Sequence record: MF158045
DNA: 64,000 nt
Direction: 5' to 3' (one strand)
Source: Shigella phage Sf22
The first letter of the stretch is position 1, and the number at the start of each line of letters is the position of its first letter. Below the pieces are notes generated by a model. The model worked only from the letters and a program-made list of their open reading frames with translations, was not told the DNA's origin and made no database searches. Below are positions 9,407 to 21,864 of this stretch, one piece after another. A program made the position numbers and the translations under genes.

Positions 9407-9446
9407 GGTACAGGTATATAATATCATATCCTGTACCAAAGTAAAC
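9407..9446 (-). promoter_or_regulatory. Early promoter (GTTTAC -35) with 8-bp inverted repeat GGTACAGG/CCTGTACC bracketing the -10
   Basis: GTTTAC-N17-TATTAT on minus strand; arms at about 9407-9414 and 9430-9437. Confidence 0.45.
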
Positions 9447-9448
9447 AA

Positions 9449-9781
9449 TTATTTTACTACTTTCCAGTGCTTCATGTCAAGTTTACCAACTTTTTTCATC
9501 TTCTCAATTAAGCGTTCGGCACGTTGGCGAGCTGTAACATAATACCATTCACCTAATTCATTTTGTTCAATTTTTCCAACGATTACTGTATTCAATTCAT
9601 AAATCCAACCAGTAAAGAAATTATGAACTTGAATTGTAAAGGTGAAATCTGTTCCCATACCTTCTGTTGTTTCTACTTCAATAATATCACCTTCAACTGC
9701 CATTAAGAACCACATAGTTTCATCATATTTACCATTGAAGCATTTAGTTTTAACTGCAGCGTTCAGATTAATCGTTTTCAT
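9449..9781 (-). CDS. Hypothetical protein (110 aa)
   Basis: ORF track; AGGAGAATAAAATG RBS. Confidence 0.5.
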   Translation of the reverse strand: MKTINLNAAVKTKCFNGKYDETMWFLMAVEGDIIEVETTEGMGTDFTFTIQVHNFFTGWIYELNTVIVGKIEQNELGEWYYVTARQRAERLIEKMKKVGKLDMKHWKVVK

Positions 9782-9865
9782 TTTATTCTCCTTTGTTTGT
9801 GTAAGATAATACTATCACAAAGGAGCTATACTGTAAACAACTTTATGCAATCTTTGGAAAATAAA

Positions 9866-9890
9866 AAAGGACTCCCGAAGGAGTCCTCAA
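9866..9890 (-). terminator. Rho-independent terminator (GGACTCC-CGAA-GGAGTCC + T-run)
   Basis: Perfect 7-bp stem followed by TTTTTTATTTT on minus strand; identical hairpin recurs after soc. Confidence 0.6.
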
Positions 9891-9891
9891 C

Positions 9892-10068
9892 TTATGCTTT
9901 CTGCTTACCAAAACGAGAAGCATCATCTCGAAGAACCGCACGTGCTCGGCGCATGATCTTCTCAACAGTTTGATTGATACGAGAGTTCGACCCACGCTTG
10001 TAACCAGCGCGTTTAGAATCACCAACTTTCTTTTCAACTGCTTTCTTTGCTTTAACTTGTTTTGCCAT
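9892..10068 (-). CDS. Small basic protein (58 aa; start at MAKQVKAKK)
   Basis: Lys/Arg-rich ORF with AAAGAG RBS; the track's N-terminal extension lacks an RBS. Confidence 0.5.
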   Translation of the reverse strand: MAKQVKAKKAVEKKVGDSKRAGYKRGSNSRINQTVEKIMRRARAVLRDDASRFGKQKA

Positions 10069-10356
10069 TAAAAATTCTCTTTTAAACGAAAATGCAGGAC
10101 TTATTGGCATTGCCTGCGAAAGCCCTCAAAGGGGTACTTAGGTTTTGAATATTTACCGACAGGATAACCATAAACCCGTCATCATACCACCAAGACTTAC
10201 ACAGATAACACTTTTCTGACGCATGATAGTAACATTCAAGAGGTACACCGTAAAACTGCCGGGGTCTTAAAACTATAATGATTCGCAAATCATTAATCAG
10301 ACAGTTCGACGGCTCCTCGATTTTAGCTCACACTAAGGCAGTGAATCTCCAATAAA

Positions 10357-10605
10357 TTACTTCAGTGTTACCACAAAGTGACGAACTGCTTTTCGTGCAG
10401 CAGAAGCCAGAGGCTTAGCATATTTAAGTTCATCTTTTTCCTGAAGCTCAGCAGCTAATGCAGTTTGAGCAGGATTCAGATGTTTGAAATAACGCAGGAT
10501 TTCAAGAGCTTCGGCTTCAACATCAATAGATGCGCCATAGTTTTCGTGACCATTATTCCATGCGTTTCGTTGCAGTTCAAGAGCGTGTTGTAATTGTTTA
10601 ATCAT
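10357..10605 (-). CDS. rIII: rIII lysis-inhibition accessory protein
   Basis: 82 aa, MIKQLQHALELQRNAWNNGHENYG... matches recalled T4 rIII; synteny. Confidence 0.9.
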   Translation of the reverse strand: MIKQLQHALELQRNAWNNGHENYGASIDVEAEALEILRYFKHLNPAQTALAAELQEKDELKYAKPLASAARKAVRHFVVTLK

Positions 10606-10744
10606 TTAAAAATTCTCGTTAGAGATTAAAACTCGGTAGTCACGTTCTTCTGAATTTCATCTTCTTTCGACAGATCTCTCAGTTGTAGACTACCACATAG
10701 AATTGTTCGGTTAACTTATTATTCCGACACCCAATTCATATTAT

Positions 10745-10752
10745 TATTTATA
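10745..10752 (-). promoter_or_regulatory. Candidate late promoter (TATAAATA) in the 31-rIII intergenic region
   Basis: Exact TATAAATA on minus strand ~140 nt upstream of the rIII start. Confidence 0.3.
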
Positions 10753-11088
10753 TCACTTATAAAGACACGGAATAGCTTTATAATGACAGGTAACGAATTT
10801 TTGTTTAATTTCTTTTGGCTGCTTAAGACCCAGAGCTACAAAAGGATGCGGAACATTTCGAATTTGACCAACTGGAAGAGAAGTCAAATCACCAACTTCG
10901 CAGAAACCTTCAGGAACATCAGGACCGACAGAGTGAACTACACACAGTTCAGGAACTTCACCTTGAACACGTTTACCGATGATAAGTCCTGATTCTGTAA
11001 CTTCTTCATCACCGGCTTGTGCAGGTTCAGAAACTAAAATAACATATTCACCGACAGCACGAATTGGTAGCTGTTGTACTTCAGACAT
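10753..11088 (-). CDS. 31: Co-chaperonin (GroES analogue)
   Basis: 111 aa, [22 protein letters not shown]... matches recalled T4 gp31. Confidence 0.93.
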
Positions 11089-11144
11089 CGTTTTTCCTTT
11101 TTGTTAACAGATGAATTAATAATAACAAATAATTCTTAAAGCAT

Positions 11145-11453
11145 TTATTTACCAATAAATTGGAGTAAATGCTCAACTTTCATACCATTAACAGAAATCA
11201 ATTTGTCAATAGAAAAACCTCGCCATGCACCAAGCTCAACATCAAATACTGGAATCATGTCAGTAGATTCTTTCCGAGTAGATTCAGTCAATTTACCAGT
11301 TTGCATGGTTGGCATAAAGTCTGCATCACGAGTACCTTTCATAGTACGAATAGTACCATCAGACTTTTCAAAAACTACGTTTGAAACACCCATGGACAAT
11401 TTAGTTTTCAAAATTTCACGAATTGCTACTTTCTGCTCAGTTGTCAGTTTCAT
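11145..11453 (-). CDS. Hypothetical protein (102 aa)
   Basis: ORF track; synteny (31.1 position). Confidence 0.5.
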   Translation of the reverse strand: MKLTTEQKVAIREILKTKLSMGVSNVVFEKSDGTIRTMKGTRDADFMPTMQTGKLTESTRKESTDMIPVFDVELGAWRGFSIDKLISVNGMKVEHLLQFIGK

Positions 11454-11690
11454 TTATTTACCTATTACAGTTTTAATATGAGTTGTTCCACGTTCTTTAA
11501 GGGTGGAAAGTAATTTTTGGCATTTTTCTAAATCAGATTTCCAACTATATGGTCTATCAATACTAGTCCAATCAGTTTTATAATACTGTTTCCATTTAGA
11601 GAAAAAATATTTCTTATACTCTACAGCAAATGAGATGTTCTCATTAGAATAAGAACTAATTGCTGTGAGCTTTACCAAACGAAATTTCAT
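11454..11690 (-). CDS. Hypothetical protein (78 aa)
   Basis: ORF track; synteny (31.2 position). Confidence 0.5.
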   Translation of the reverse strand: MKFRLVKLTAISSYSNENISFAVEYKKYFFSKWKQYYKTDWTSIDRPYSWKSDLEKCQKLLSTLKERGTTHIKTVIGK

Positions 11691-12271
11691 TATTCACCAC
11701 AGAATTCGTTGATATTTTCCCAGTTTAACTTATTCAAGTTTTTCTTAGGAACATTAAACACTTCAATACCTGCATTTCGCAGAATATCATCCCAACCAGG
11801 TTTATTTTTATCGTATGTTTCACAATAAACTAGCTTTTTAATACCAGATTGAGCTATCGCTTTTGCGCAATCCGGACAAGGAGAAAGTGTTACATACATA
11901 GTAGCACCTTCAATAGAAGAACCATTTCGTGCAGCAAACAAAATTGCATTTAGTTCAGCATGAATTTCATTTTTAGATGACCATTCCGAGTGAGCACTAC
12001 GATGTTCTTTCGCCAAGACAAAACGATCAGTTGAACCAAACGATACACATTCAGGCTTATGACCTTGAATGATAGTATGTTTAGGTTTATTCAACAACCA
12101 ACCTTGCTCAGCAGCATAATCACAGCAGTTCACACCACCAGCAGGTGAACCATTATATCCGGTAGAAATAATACGTCCATTCTTTTCAATTACTGCTCCT
12201 ACTTTCCAGGAGCAACATTTTGATTCTTGTGATACTAAATATGCAATTTGAAGTACTGTACTCGCTTTCAT
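11690..12271 (-). CDS. cd: dCMP deaminase
   Basis: 193 aa; cytidine/deoxycytidylate deaminase zinc motifs (HAELNA, PCPDC); matches recalled T4 Cd. Confidence 0.93.
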   Translation of the reverse strand: MKASTVLQIAYLVSQESKCCSWKVGAVIEKNGRIISTGYNGSPAGGVNCCDYAAEQGWLLNKPKHTIIQGHKPECVSFGSTDRFVLAKEHRSAHSEWSSKNEIHAELNAILFAARNGSSIEGATMYVTLSPCPDCAKAIAQSGIKKLVYCETYDKNKPGWDDILRNAGIEVFNVPKKNLNKLNWENINEFCGE

Positions 12272-12606
12272 TTCATAATCACCAGATAAGCAGATTTAGC
12301 AGTTTCAACACGATAAATTTCGTGACGAAGTTTAGTTATACTTTTAATAACAGAACTAATTATATTCTGCCCATCTTTAAAGCGGTTTTTCTTATCAATA
12401 AAAATTGCACCAGCCATCTTTTTGTGAAGCTCAACTGGATACTTCGTCACAATAATAGCATCATACACAGAAGGATGAATACTATTCACTAGAGTGTCAT
12501 TCATTAAAGTTATTCTAATGAACTGTGCTGTGTCAGAGTCAAGCGCTCTATGATCGCCAGTATCATTTTCAAGACAATTATCAATTATATCAGTTAAATT
12601 CATCAT
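12268..12606 (-). CDS. Hypothetical protein (112 aa)
   Basis: ORF track. Confidence 0.5.
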   Translation of the reverse strand: MMNLTDIIDNCLENDTGDHRALDSDTAQFIRITLMNDTLVNSIHPSVYDAIIVTKYPVELHKKMAGAIFIDKKNRFKDGQNIISSVIKSITKLRHEIYRVETAKSAYLVIMK

Positions 12607-12839
12607 AGTACGCCATACACCCTTTGTGCTTCAACTAATCCATCAAAATCCAATTTGAGATGTGTTATTTGGTCACCATCACCTGGATTCACAATTACTA
12701 ATACTGAACGAGGAGTTTCGGTAATAACACGAACCGATGTTTCAGGAAATCGTTCAGAAACCTTATTTACCAATTCCTGTGCAAATAGCTTAACTTTTTC
12801 TTGGAATTCTTTAACAGTAATTGGTTTTTCACTTAGCAT
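12603..12839 (-). CDS. Hypothetical protein (78 aa)
   Basis: ORF track. Confidence 0.5.
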   Translation of the reverse strand: MLSEKPITVKEFQEKVKLFAQELVNKVSERFPETSVRVITETPRSVLVIVNPGDGDQITHLKLDFDGLVEAQRVYGVL

Positions 12840-12901
12840 TTTGTTTTCCTCATTTGTTTTGGTAGAGCTATAATATCACAACTCTACCAAAAAGTAAACT
12901 A

Positions 12902-13177
12902 TTAAATTGCCTTGAATTCTGATGTCTGTGATTCAAAGCGAATATCGCCTTTGATGACTAGCTCAGCATCAAGACCAAATACGACAATGATATGCGCGGA
13001 ACCCGGATACAGCGTAATTGCAATAGAATCCACCTGGTCTGGAAGCAAAGTGTTCAATACATGAGTCACTTGAGCATGAATTCGAAGCTCGGCTGCATTA
13101 TCAAGCTTTTCAAACATATTATTAGCAATAATTTGGCTAAACACTACTTCTACGATTTTAGAATAAGTTGGAAACAT
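12902..13177 (-). CDS. Hypothetical protein (91 aa)
   Basis: ORF track. Confidence 0.5.
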   Translation of the reverse strand: MFPTYSKIVEVVFSQIIANNMFEKLDNAAELRIHAQVTHVLNTLLPDQVDSIAITLYPGSAHIIVVFGLDAELVIKGDIRFESQTSEFKAI

Positions 13178-13179
13178 AT

Positions 13180-13372
13180 TTACCTCACATAATTTTCTTC
13201 AAGCCAATTAATAACATCCAACGCATTATCAAAAGTTGAACCATCTACTCTGTCTTCTGTTTCATAATCAAGAACATCTAAGCCTACTCTTCCATCAACA
13301 ATAGGCCATAAACAAAATAGATATTTCTTTTCTTTTTCAATTTTATCACAAAGACGATAAATCTTTTCTATG

Positions 13373-13380
<8 letters not shown>
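13180..13380 (-). CDS. Hypothetical protein (66 aa)
   Basis: ORF track. Confidence 0.45.
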
Positions 13381-14773
<1,393 letters not shown>

Positions 14774-14777
<4 letters not shown>

Positions 14778-15010
14778 TTATTTTTCTCAACCAATGATTG
14801 AATATAATCATGCAGGTCTTTAGATGCTTTACCCCACTTATTTTGGTATTCATTTTTAAGATTAGCACGTGATTGAGCTAATAAAACATCATTAGTTGGA
14901 GGTAAAGATTCTAATCGTTGAATCTGGCGTCCATAAATCATTGCAGCCATCTCGGATTCATAAATCAATCCTTTGAGATGTTCAAATTGATGCCATGAAA
15001 TCATTTGCAT
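14774..15010 (-). CDS. Hypothetical protein (78 aa)
   Basis: ORF track. Confidence 0.5.
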
Positions 15011-15300
15011 TTATCCTCTTTTAACTCTTGGCGATAATAACATATCATAGTTTTCTGATCATGTACATATCGTTTTACATCATTAAGCCAAATACGAAAT
15101 TCCTGGGAATCTTCGAATGGCATACCGACCCAAGCTTTACCATCAATAACTTTAACTTGCCAAGATAGTTTGGCTTCGTCATATGACTTTATTTGCACAG
15201 GCCAATTAGGATGAACTGTTTCTTTCTTTACTTCTAGAGGCTTTGTAGAACAACCAACTAGAAGACCAATAGATAATATTACTGCTGATAGTTTAATCAT
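15001..15300 (-). CDS. pseT.2: Outer-membrane spanin (lipoprotein, 99 aa)
   Basis: Signal peptide with lipobox LLVGCS; directly downstream of and overlapping the inner-spanin candidate. Confidence 0.6.
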   Translation of the reverse strand: MIKLSAVILSIGLLVGCSTKPLEVKKETVHPNWPVQIKSYDEAKLSWQVKVIDGKAWVGMPFEDSQEFRIWLNDVKRYVHDQKTMICYYRQELKEDKCK

Positions 15301-15650
15301 TTAGAAAGGTCCTGGATGTCTTCTGCGAACTTGTTGAAGGAGTTGTTGATTTGTTTTTCAACCAATCCTGGCTTATGAGCCACCACATCCGCCTTCTTTG
15401 CGTCTTTGCGCAGTTTTTCATTTTCACGCTCAATAGCAGCAATCGCCTCACGATTTTTATTATTCATCGCATCAATATAATTATACTGAATTCGCAAATT
15501 ATTTAATGCTAAGGCGTTTTCATTGGCCGTTTTTGTAATTTCTACAACAGACGTTTCTAATCTTTCAATTTTATTTTTTAAAATTAAAGAAGTTCCGCCT
15601 AATGCAATTACAATTAATAGCAAACCTGCTGTCGTATTACTTAATTGCAT
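15297..15650 (-). CDS. pseT.3: Inner-membrane spanin (117 aa)
   Basis: N-terminal transmembrane helix followed by charged coiled-coil-like region; T4 spanins occupy this position. Confidence 0.6.
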   Translation of the reverse strand: MQLSNTTAGLLLIVIALGGTSLILKNKIERLETSVVEITKTANENALALNNLRIQYNYIDAMNNKNREAIAAIERENEKLRKDAKKADVVAHKPGLVEKQINNSFNKFAEDIQDLSK

Positions 15651-16147
15651 AAAGTTTTAATAACCTCTATAATATCGTCTTGAGAAAGACCGTTAATTAA
15701 AATATGATGTTCAGCTGGAGATTTAGAAATTTTAAAGCATGCCTCAACATCTTCTGCCATATCCGATGCACTACGATTTGGATTACTAATACCAAGGCGG
15801 TGTTTTCCCGTCAAAGGATTAACGATGATATAGCATTTGCAGCTATTGATATGAACATTGGGTTGAGTCTGATTAATGAACACTTCACAATCATACTTAG
15901 CGAGTTGATTTTCTAAAAAGACTTTCATCTCTTCAACCGCATCAGGAAGCATATCACGGGCTTGCTCAAGACGACGATTTCGATATTCTTTAATGGTCGT
16001 TTTCCGCTTGACTTGCTTAGCTAAATCTTTCTTAAGATCGGTGATATATCCAACTCGACGATTTCCTTTGAATACAGAAATCCCATCTGTAGTATCACCG
16101 TATGCTTCAACGACCATTTCAGTAGTAATAAGTTGTAAATCCATCAT
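15641..16147 (-). CDS. alc: Alc, inhibitor of host transcription on cytosine-containing DNA
   Basis: 168 aa, MMDLQLITTEMVVEAYGDTTDG... matches recalled T4 Alc; synteny. Confidence 0.9.
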   Translation of the reverse strand: MMDLQLITTEMVVEAYGDTTDGISVFKGNRRVGYITDLKKDLAKQVKRKTTIKEYRNRRLEQARDMLPDAVEEMKVFLENQLAKYDCEVFINQTQPNVHINSCKCYIIVNPLTGKHRLGISNPNRSASDMAEDVEACFKISKSPAEHHILINGLSQDDIIEVIKTLCN

Positions 16148-16175
16148 AAAGTCCTCATGTTATGTCAGTAAGACT

Positions 16176-16205
16176 ACTATAACACAACACGAGGGACTTG
16201 TAAAC
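16176..16205 (-). promoter_or_regulatory. Early promoter, copy 2 of the duplicated 54-bp promoter-leader cassette
   Basis: Sequence identical to 830-883; GTTTAC-N18-TATAGT, leader and GAGGA immediately upstream of the alc ATG. Confidence 0.5.
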
Positions 16206-16208
16206 AGC

Positions 16209-17796
<1,588 letters not shown>

Positions 17797-17823
17797 AATA
17801 AAATGGGCCTTGCGGCCCACTCC
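17797..17823 (-). terminator. Stem-loop GGGCC-TTGC-GGCCC between nrdB and denA
   Basis: Perfect 5-bp GC stem followed by ATTTTATT on minus strand. Confidence 0.4.
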
Positions 17824-19002
17824 TTAAAAGTATTTTTTAAAACTCATCATAACTTTATCATCAACATCATTATCAATCTGTGCAACAAGATAAGATGACA
17901 GTTCTACTTCTTGTGGCGCGGATTGAACATTATCAGAATTAAGATATTCACGAATCCAAGGATATGGATGTTTAACCGGAGCATCGGTAATTGGGCATGG
18001 AAGACCGCACTGTTTCATACGAGATACAGTTAAGTAATCAATAAAGCTCCACATGCTATTTGTATTTAATCCAGGAACATCGCCATCTTTAAATAAATGA
18101 ACTGCCCAATCTTTTTCTTGGCGGTTAACTTCCATGAAAATATCAACTGCTTCTTGTTCACACTCTTGAGCAATTTTAACCCATTGACCGCCATCAGTAC
18201 CAGATTGAAGTTGACGAATAATATATTGGGTGCCTTTAAGGTGAAGCTGTTCATCGCGTGCAATGAACTTCATAATCTTGGCATTACCTTCCATGATTTC
18301 CATGTTCTTATGGAAGTTAAAGGTACATGCGAAAGATACATAAAAACGAATAGCTTCCAATGCGTTGATTACATGCAAACAGAGGTAAAGAGATTTCATT
18401 AGCTCACGCTTCCAATATGTCTCATGCTCAATAGCATCTTCAATAACGTCTTCGTCTGCATTAATTTCTTTTTGGTATTCGATATCAGCTTTAGCGTTTT
18501 CCCAATAACGAGTTTTAATCAGAACATCATCATAATAACGTCCAATGGATTCAGCACGTTTCATAATAGCTTCATCTAATACAATTTCATCAAATACCTT
18601 CGATGGATCAGTATAAAGATTTCGCATGATATGAGTATATGAACGACTGTGAATAGTTTCACTAAAAGTCCATGTAGCAACCCATGTATCAAGACTTGGG
18701 TCTGAAATTAATGACATAAGTACAGCAGATGGCGCGCGACCCTGAATACTATCTAAAAGTGATTGATACTTCAAGTTGTTAGTAAAAATATTTTGCTGAT
18801 ACTGAGGAAGCTTATTAAACTGTGCAGCATCCATCATCAAGTTTACTTCTTCAGGACGCCAGAAAAATGATAATTGCTTTTCGGTTAAATCTTCAAAAAC
18901 TTTATGACGTTGAATATCATAACGCGCAATACCAAGACCTGAACCAAAAAACATAGGTTCTTTTAAAACATCAACTGGATTTGTATTAAAAACTGTGCTC
19001 AT
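17824..19002 (-). CDS. nrdB: Ribonucleotide reductase small subunit, uninterrupted
   Basis: 392 aa continuous ORF with di-iron ligand motifs; no intron or internal endonuclease ORF. Confidence 0.95.
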   Translation of the reverse strand: MSTVFNTNPVDVLKEPMFFGSGLGIARYDIQRHKVFEDLTEKQLSFFWRPEEVNLMMDAAQFNKLPQYQQNIFTNNLKYQSLLDSIQGRAPSAVLMSLISDPSLDTWVATWTFSETIHSRSYTHIMRNLYTDPSKVFDEIVLDEAIMKRAESIGRYYDDVLIKTRYWENAKADIEYQKEINADEDVIEDAIEHETYWKRELMKSLYLCLHVINALEAIRFYVSFACTFNFHKNMEIMEGNAKIMKFIARDEQLHLKGTQYIIRQLQSGTDGGQWVKIAQECEQEAVDIFMEVNRQEKDWAVHLFKDGDVPGLNTNSMWSFIDYLTVSRMKQCGLPCPITDAPVKHPYPWIREYLNSDNVQSAPQEVELSSYLVAQIDNDVDDKVMMSFKKYF

Positions 19003-19053
19003 AAATTTTCCGCTTAGTTAATAGTTGGTGACTCGTCCGTGAGTCAAATTATA

Positions 19054-21318
19054 TCATAATTTACAGGATGAACAATCTTCAGCTTTTGGAGTTTCTATTT
19101 CATAATCATCAGTACCAGAACCATCGCGGGTATTATGATAATAGAAATTTTTTCCGCCAAAATACCAAAAATACAAAAGGTCATCAATCATTATTGACAT
19201 TGGAACCTTGCCTTTAGGGAAGATTTGGGGGTCATAGTATGTATTCGCCGAAGCTGATTGACATACCCATTTCAGCATAATAGCTACCTGCGTAAGATAA
19301 GGTTTATTACCTTTCTTAGCTAATTTCCATGTATAGTCGTAAAGGTCTATGTTATGCTCAATATTGGGCACGACCTGATTAAAGGAGCCTTCTTTTGATT
19401 CTTTAACAGAGACTGGTCCACGTGGAGGCTCGATACCGTTTGTACTGTTAGAAACTTGGGAAGATGACTCACATGGCATAAGTGATGATAATGTGCTATT
19501 ACGGATGCCAAAGAGCTTAAGGTCTTCCCGCAGCGCCGACCAGTCACAAACGTATTTTGGAGCTGCGATTTGGTCAATCTTTTTATTGTACCAGTCGATA
19601 GGTAATTCGCCTCGAGACCAACGAGTGTCTGAATAATATTCGCAAGGTCCTTTTTCTTTGGCGAGCTTAATGGATGCTTTAATGAGTCCATACTGTAATC
19701 TCTCAAATAGTTCATGTGTTAAATCGTTAGCATCTTCATAAGAAGCAAAGTTACTTGCCAGCCAAGCTGCATAGTTAGTAACACCTACACCAAGGTTTCG
19801 ACGCTTTTTAGCTTTTTCTGCTTCAGGAACTGGATATCCTTGGTAATCCAAAAGATTATCAAGAGCACGAACTTGAACTTCTGCTAATTCATTAATTTTA
19901 TCTTGGTCTTGCCAATCGAAGTTATCCAGCACAAATGCAGATAACGTGCACAATCCAATTTCAGCATCAGGACTATTCACATCATTTGTTGGAATAGCAA
20001 TTTCACAACACAAGTTACTCTGACGAATAGGTGCCTTTTCACGAATAAACGGAGTGTAGTTATTCGTATTATCAATGAACTGCACATAAATCCTTGCTGT
20101 TCCTGAACGTTCAGTCATGAGCAATTCAAATAGTTCACGGGCTTTAATACGCTTTTTGCGAATATTAGGGTCTTTTTCTGCTGCTTCGTATAATTCACGG
20201 AAACGGTCTTGGTCTTTAAAATAAGAATAATAAAGCTCGCCACCCATTTCATGCGGACTGAACAAAGTAATGTAATCGTTCTTTCCGAATCGTTCCATCA
20301 TCAAATCATTCAGCTGAACACCATAATCCATGTGACGAATGCGGTTTTCTTCTACGCCTTTGTTATTTTTCAAAACGAGAAGATTTTCAACTTCCAAATG
20401 CCAAATAGGATAATAAGCAGTAGCAGCGCCGCCACGAATTCCACCCTGTGAGCATGATTTAACTGCAGTCTGAAAATGTTTCCAAAAAGGAATAACACCA
20501 GTATGGCGTACTTCACCCATGCCAATCTTAGAACCTTCAGCACGAATCATACCAACGTTAATACCAATTCCAGCGCGTTTAGAGATATATTCAACAATTG
20601 AAGCGGAAGCCTTATTGATAGACTTTAATGAATCACCTGCCTCAATAACAACGCATGAACTAAACTGTCGAGTCGGAGTACGACAACCAGCCATAATAGG
20701 AGTTGGCAATGAAATCTGTCGAGTAGATACCGCTTCATAAAAACGGATAACATGTTTTAATCTATCAACAGGTTCATCTTGATGCAGTGCCATTCCAATA
20801 GTCATAAATGCAAACTGTGGAGTTTCATAAATTTGACCAGTGGTTTTATCTTTAACTAAATATTTTTCTTTTAATTGCATCGCCCCGGAATAAGTAAATT
20901 CCATATCCCGCTCGTGCTTAATTTTTGATTCTAAAAATGTAATTTCTTCTGCTGAATATTTTGACAATAATTCAGGGTCATATTTACCTGCATTTACACA
21001 ATAAGAAATATGGTCAATAAATGAACGTGGTTCATACTGCCCATAAACATGCTTACGAAGAGCGAACATTAAACAGCGAGCGGCTACATATTGGTAATCA
21101 GGCTCTTCAACCGAAATAGAATTCGCAGCAGCCTTAATGACAATAGTCTGAATATCATCAGTTGTCATTCCATCACGGAGATAAGATTTAATATTTTCAT
21201 ATAATTCATAAGGATCTACTGATGTTCCCTCAGCTGCCCAAGATAAAACTTTAATAATTTTTTGTGGGTCAAAGCTCTGAGAAACACCACTACTTTTGAT
21301 AACATTAATTAATTGCAT
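19054..21318 (-). CDS. nrdA: Ribonucleotide reductase large subunit
   Basis: 754 aa; N-terminal ATP-cone region and conserved C-terminal Cys; synteny. Confidence 0.95.
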   Translation of the reverse strand: MQLINVIKSSGVSQSFDPQKIIKVLSWAAEGTSVDPYELYENIKSYLRDGMTTDDIQTIVIKAAANSISVEEPDYQYVAARCLMFALRKHVYGQYEPRSFIDHISYCVNAGKYDPELLSKYSAEEITFLESKIKHERDMEFTYSGAMQLKEKYLVKDKTTGQIYETPQFAFMTIGMALHQDEPVDRLKHVIRFYEAVSTRQISLPTPIMAGCRTPTRQFSSCVVIEAGDSLKSINKASASIVEYISKRAGIGINVGMIRAEGSKIGMGEVRHTGVIPFWKHFQTAVKSCSQGGIRGGAATAYYPIWHLEVENLLVLKNNKGVEENRIRHMDYGVQLNDLMMERFGKNDYITLFSPHEMGGELYYSYFKDQDRFRELYEAAEKDPNIRKKRIKARELFELLMTERSGTARIYVQFIDNTNNYTPFIREKAPIRQSNLCCEIAIPTNDVNSPDAEIGLCTLSAFVLDNFDWQDQDKINELAEVQVRALDNLLDYQGYPVPEAEKAKKRRNLGVGVTNYAAWLASNFASYEDANDLTHELFERLQYGLIKASIKLAKEKGPCEYYSDTRWSRGELPIDWYNKKIDQIAAPKYVCDWSALREDLKLFGIRNSTLSSLMPCESSSQVSNSTNGIEPPRGPVSVKESKEGSFNQVVPNIEHNIDLYDYTWKLAKKGNKPYLTQVAIMLKWVCQSASANTYYDPQIFPKGKVPMSIMIDDLLYFWYFGGKNFYYHNTRDGSGTDDYEIETPKAEDCSSCKL

Positions 21319-21635
21319 AAGTCCTCAACTTGAAAATCGTCTTTAAACAATCGGTTAACTATATGAGCTATTATATCACCATGACACGGCTTTGGTTTAC
21401 ATGTGCATCCTAGCCTCATTCCACGTAAAGGCTCTAAATGTGCTTTAGTTATTTCTCCGGATTTAATTCGACGTATAAAATCTTTTTTGAATAATTCAAT
21501 GGCAGCCTCCCGGCTGCCAGCATCTTTACCGACGTAATTTCCCCAAAATGTACCGCGGTGAATATTAACATCAAAGTCGGATTTATATTTATTCACTACC
21601 CGGCATAGACGGCCCACGCTGGAATAATTCGTCAT
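21309..21635 (-). CDS. Hypothetical Cys-rich protein (108 aa), nrdA.1 position
   Basis: ORF track; [13 protein letters not shown] motif; overlaps nrdA start and the upstream ORF. Confidence 0.5.
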   Translation of the reverse strand: MTNYSSVGRLCRVVNKYKSDFDVNIHRGTFWGNYVGKDAGSREAAIELFKKDFIRRIKSGEITKAHLEPLRGMRLGCTCKPKPCHGDIIAHIVNRLFKDDFQVEDLCN

Positions 21636-21864
21636 ATTGTTTTTCCGTTAATACAGTAATATCATAGTAACAGTCAGAAGAAGTTTTAACTGTGGAAATT
21701 TTATTATCAAAATACTCACGAGTCATTTTATGAGTGTAGTATTTTTTACCATAAATGGTAATAGGCTGTTCTGGTCCTGGAACTTCTAACTCGCTTGGGT
21801 TAGGAAGTGTAAAAAGAACGGCACCAGAAGTATCTTTAAATCGTAAAATCATATATCCTCGCAA
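21589..21864 (-). CDS. Hypothetical protein (91 aa)
   Basis: ORF track; 47-nt out-of-frame overlap with the next ORF. Confidence 0.45.
   Translation of the reverse strand: MRGYMILRFKDTSGAVLFTLPNPSELEVPGPEQPITIYGKKYYTHKMTREYFDNKISTVKTSSDCYYDITVLTEKQYDELFQRGPSMPGSE

Noticed and set aside
10082-10288. 68-aa minus-strand ORF in the ORF track
   Set aside because: No RBS, implausible Cys/Trp/Tyr-rich composition, and it lies in a structured non-coding interval; treated as non-coding.
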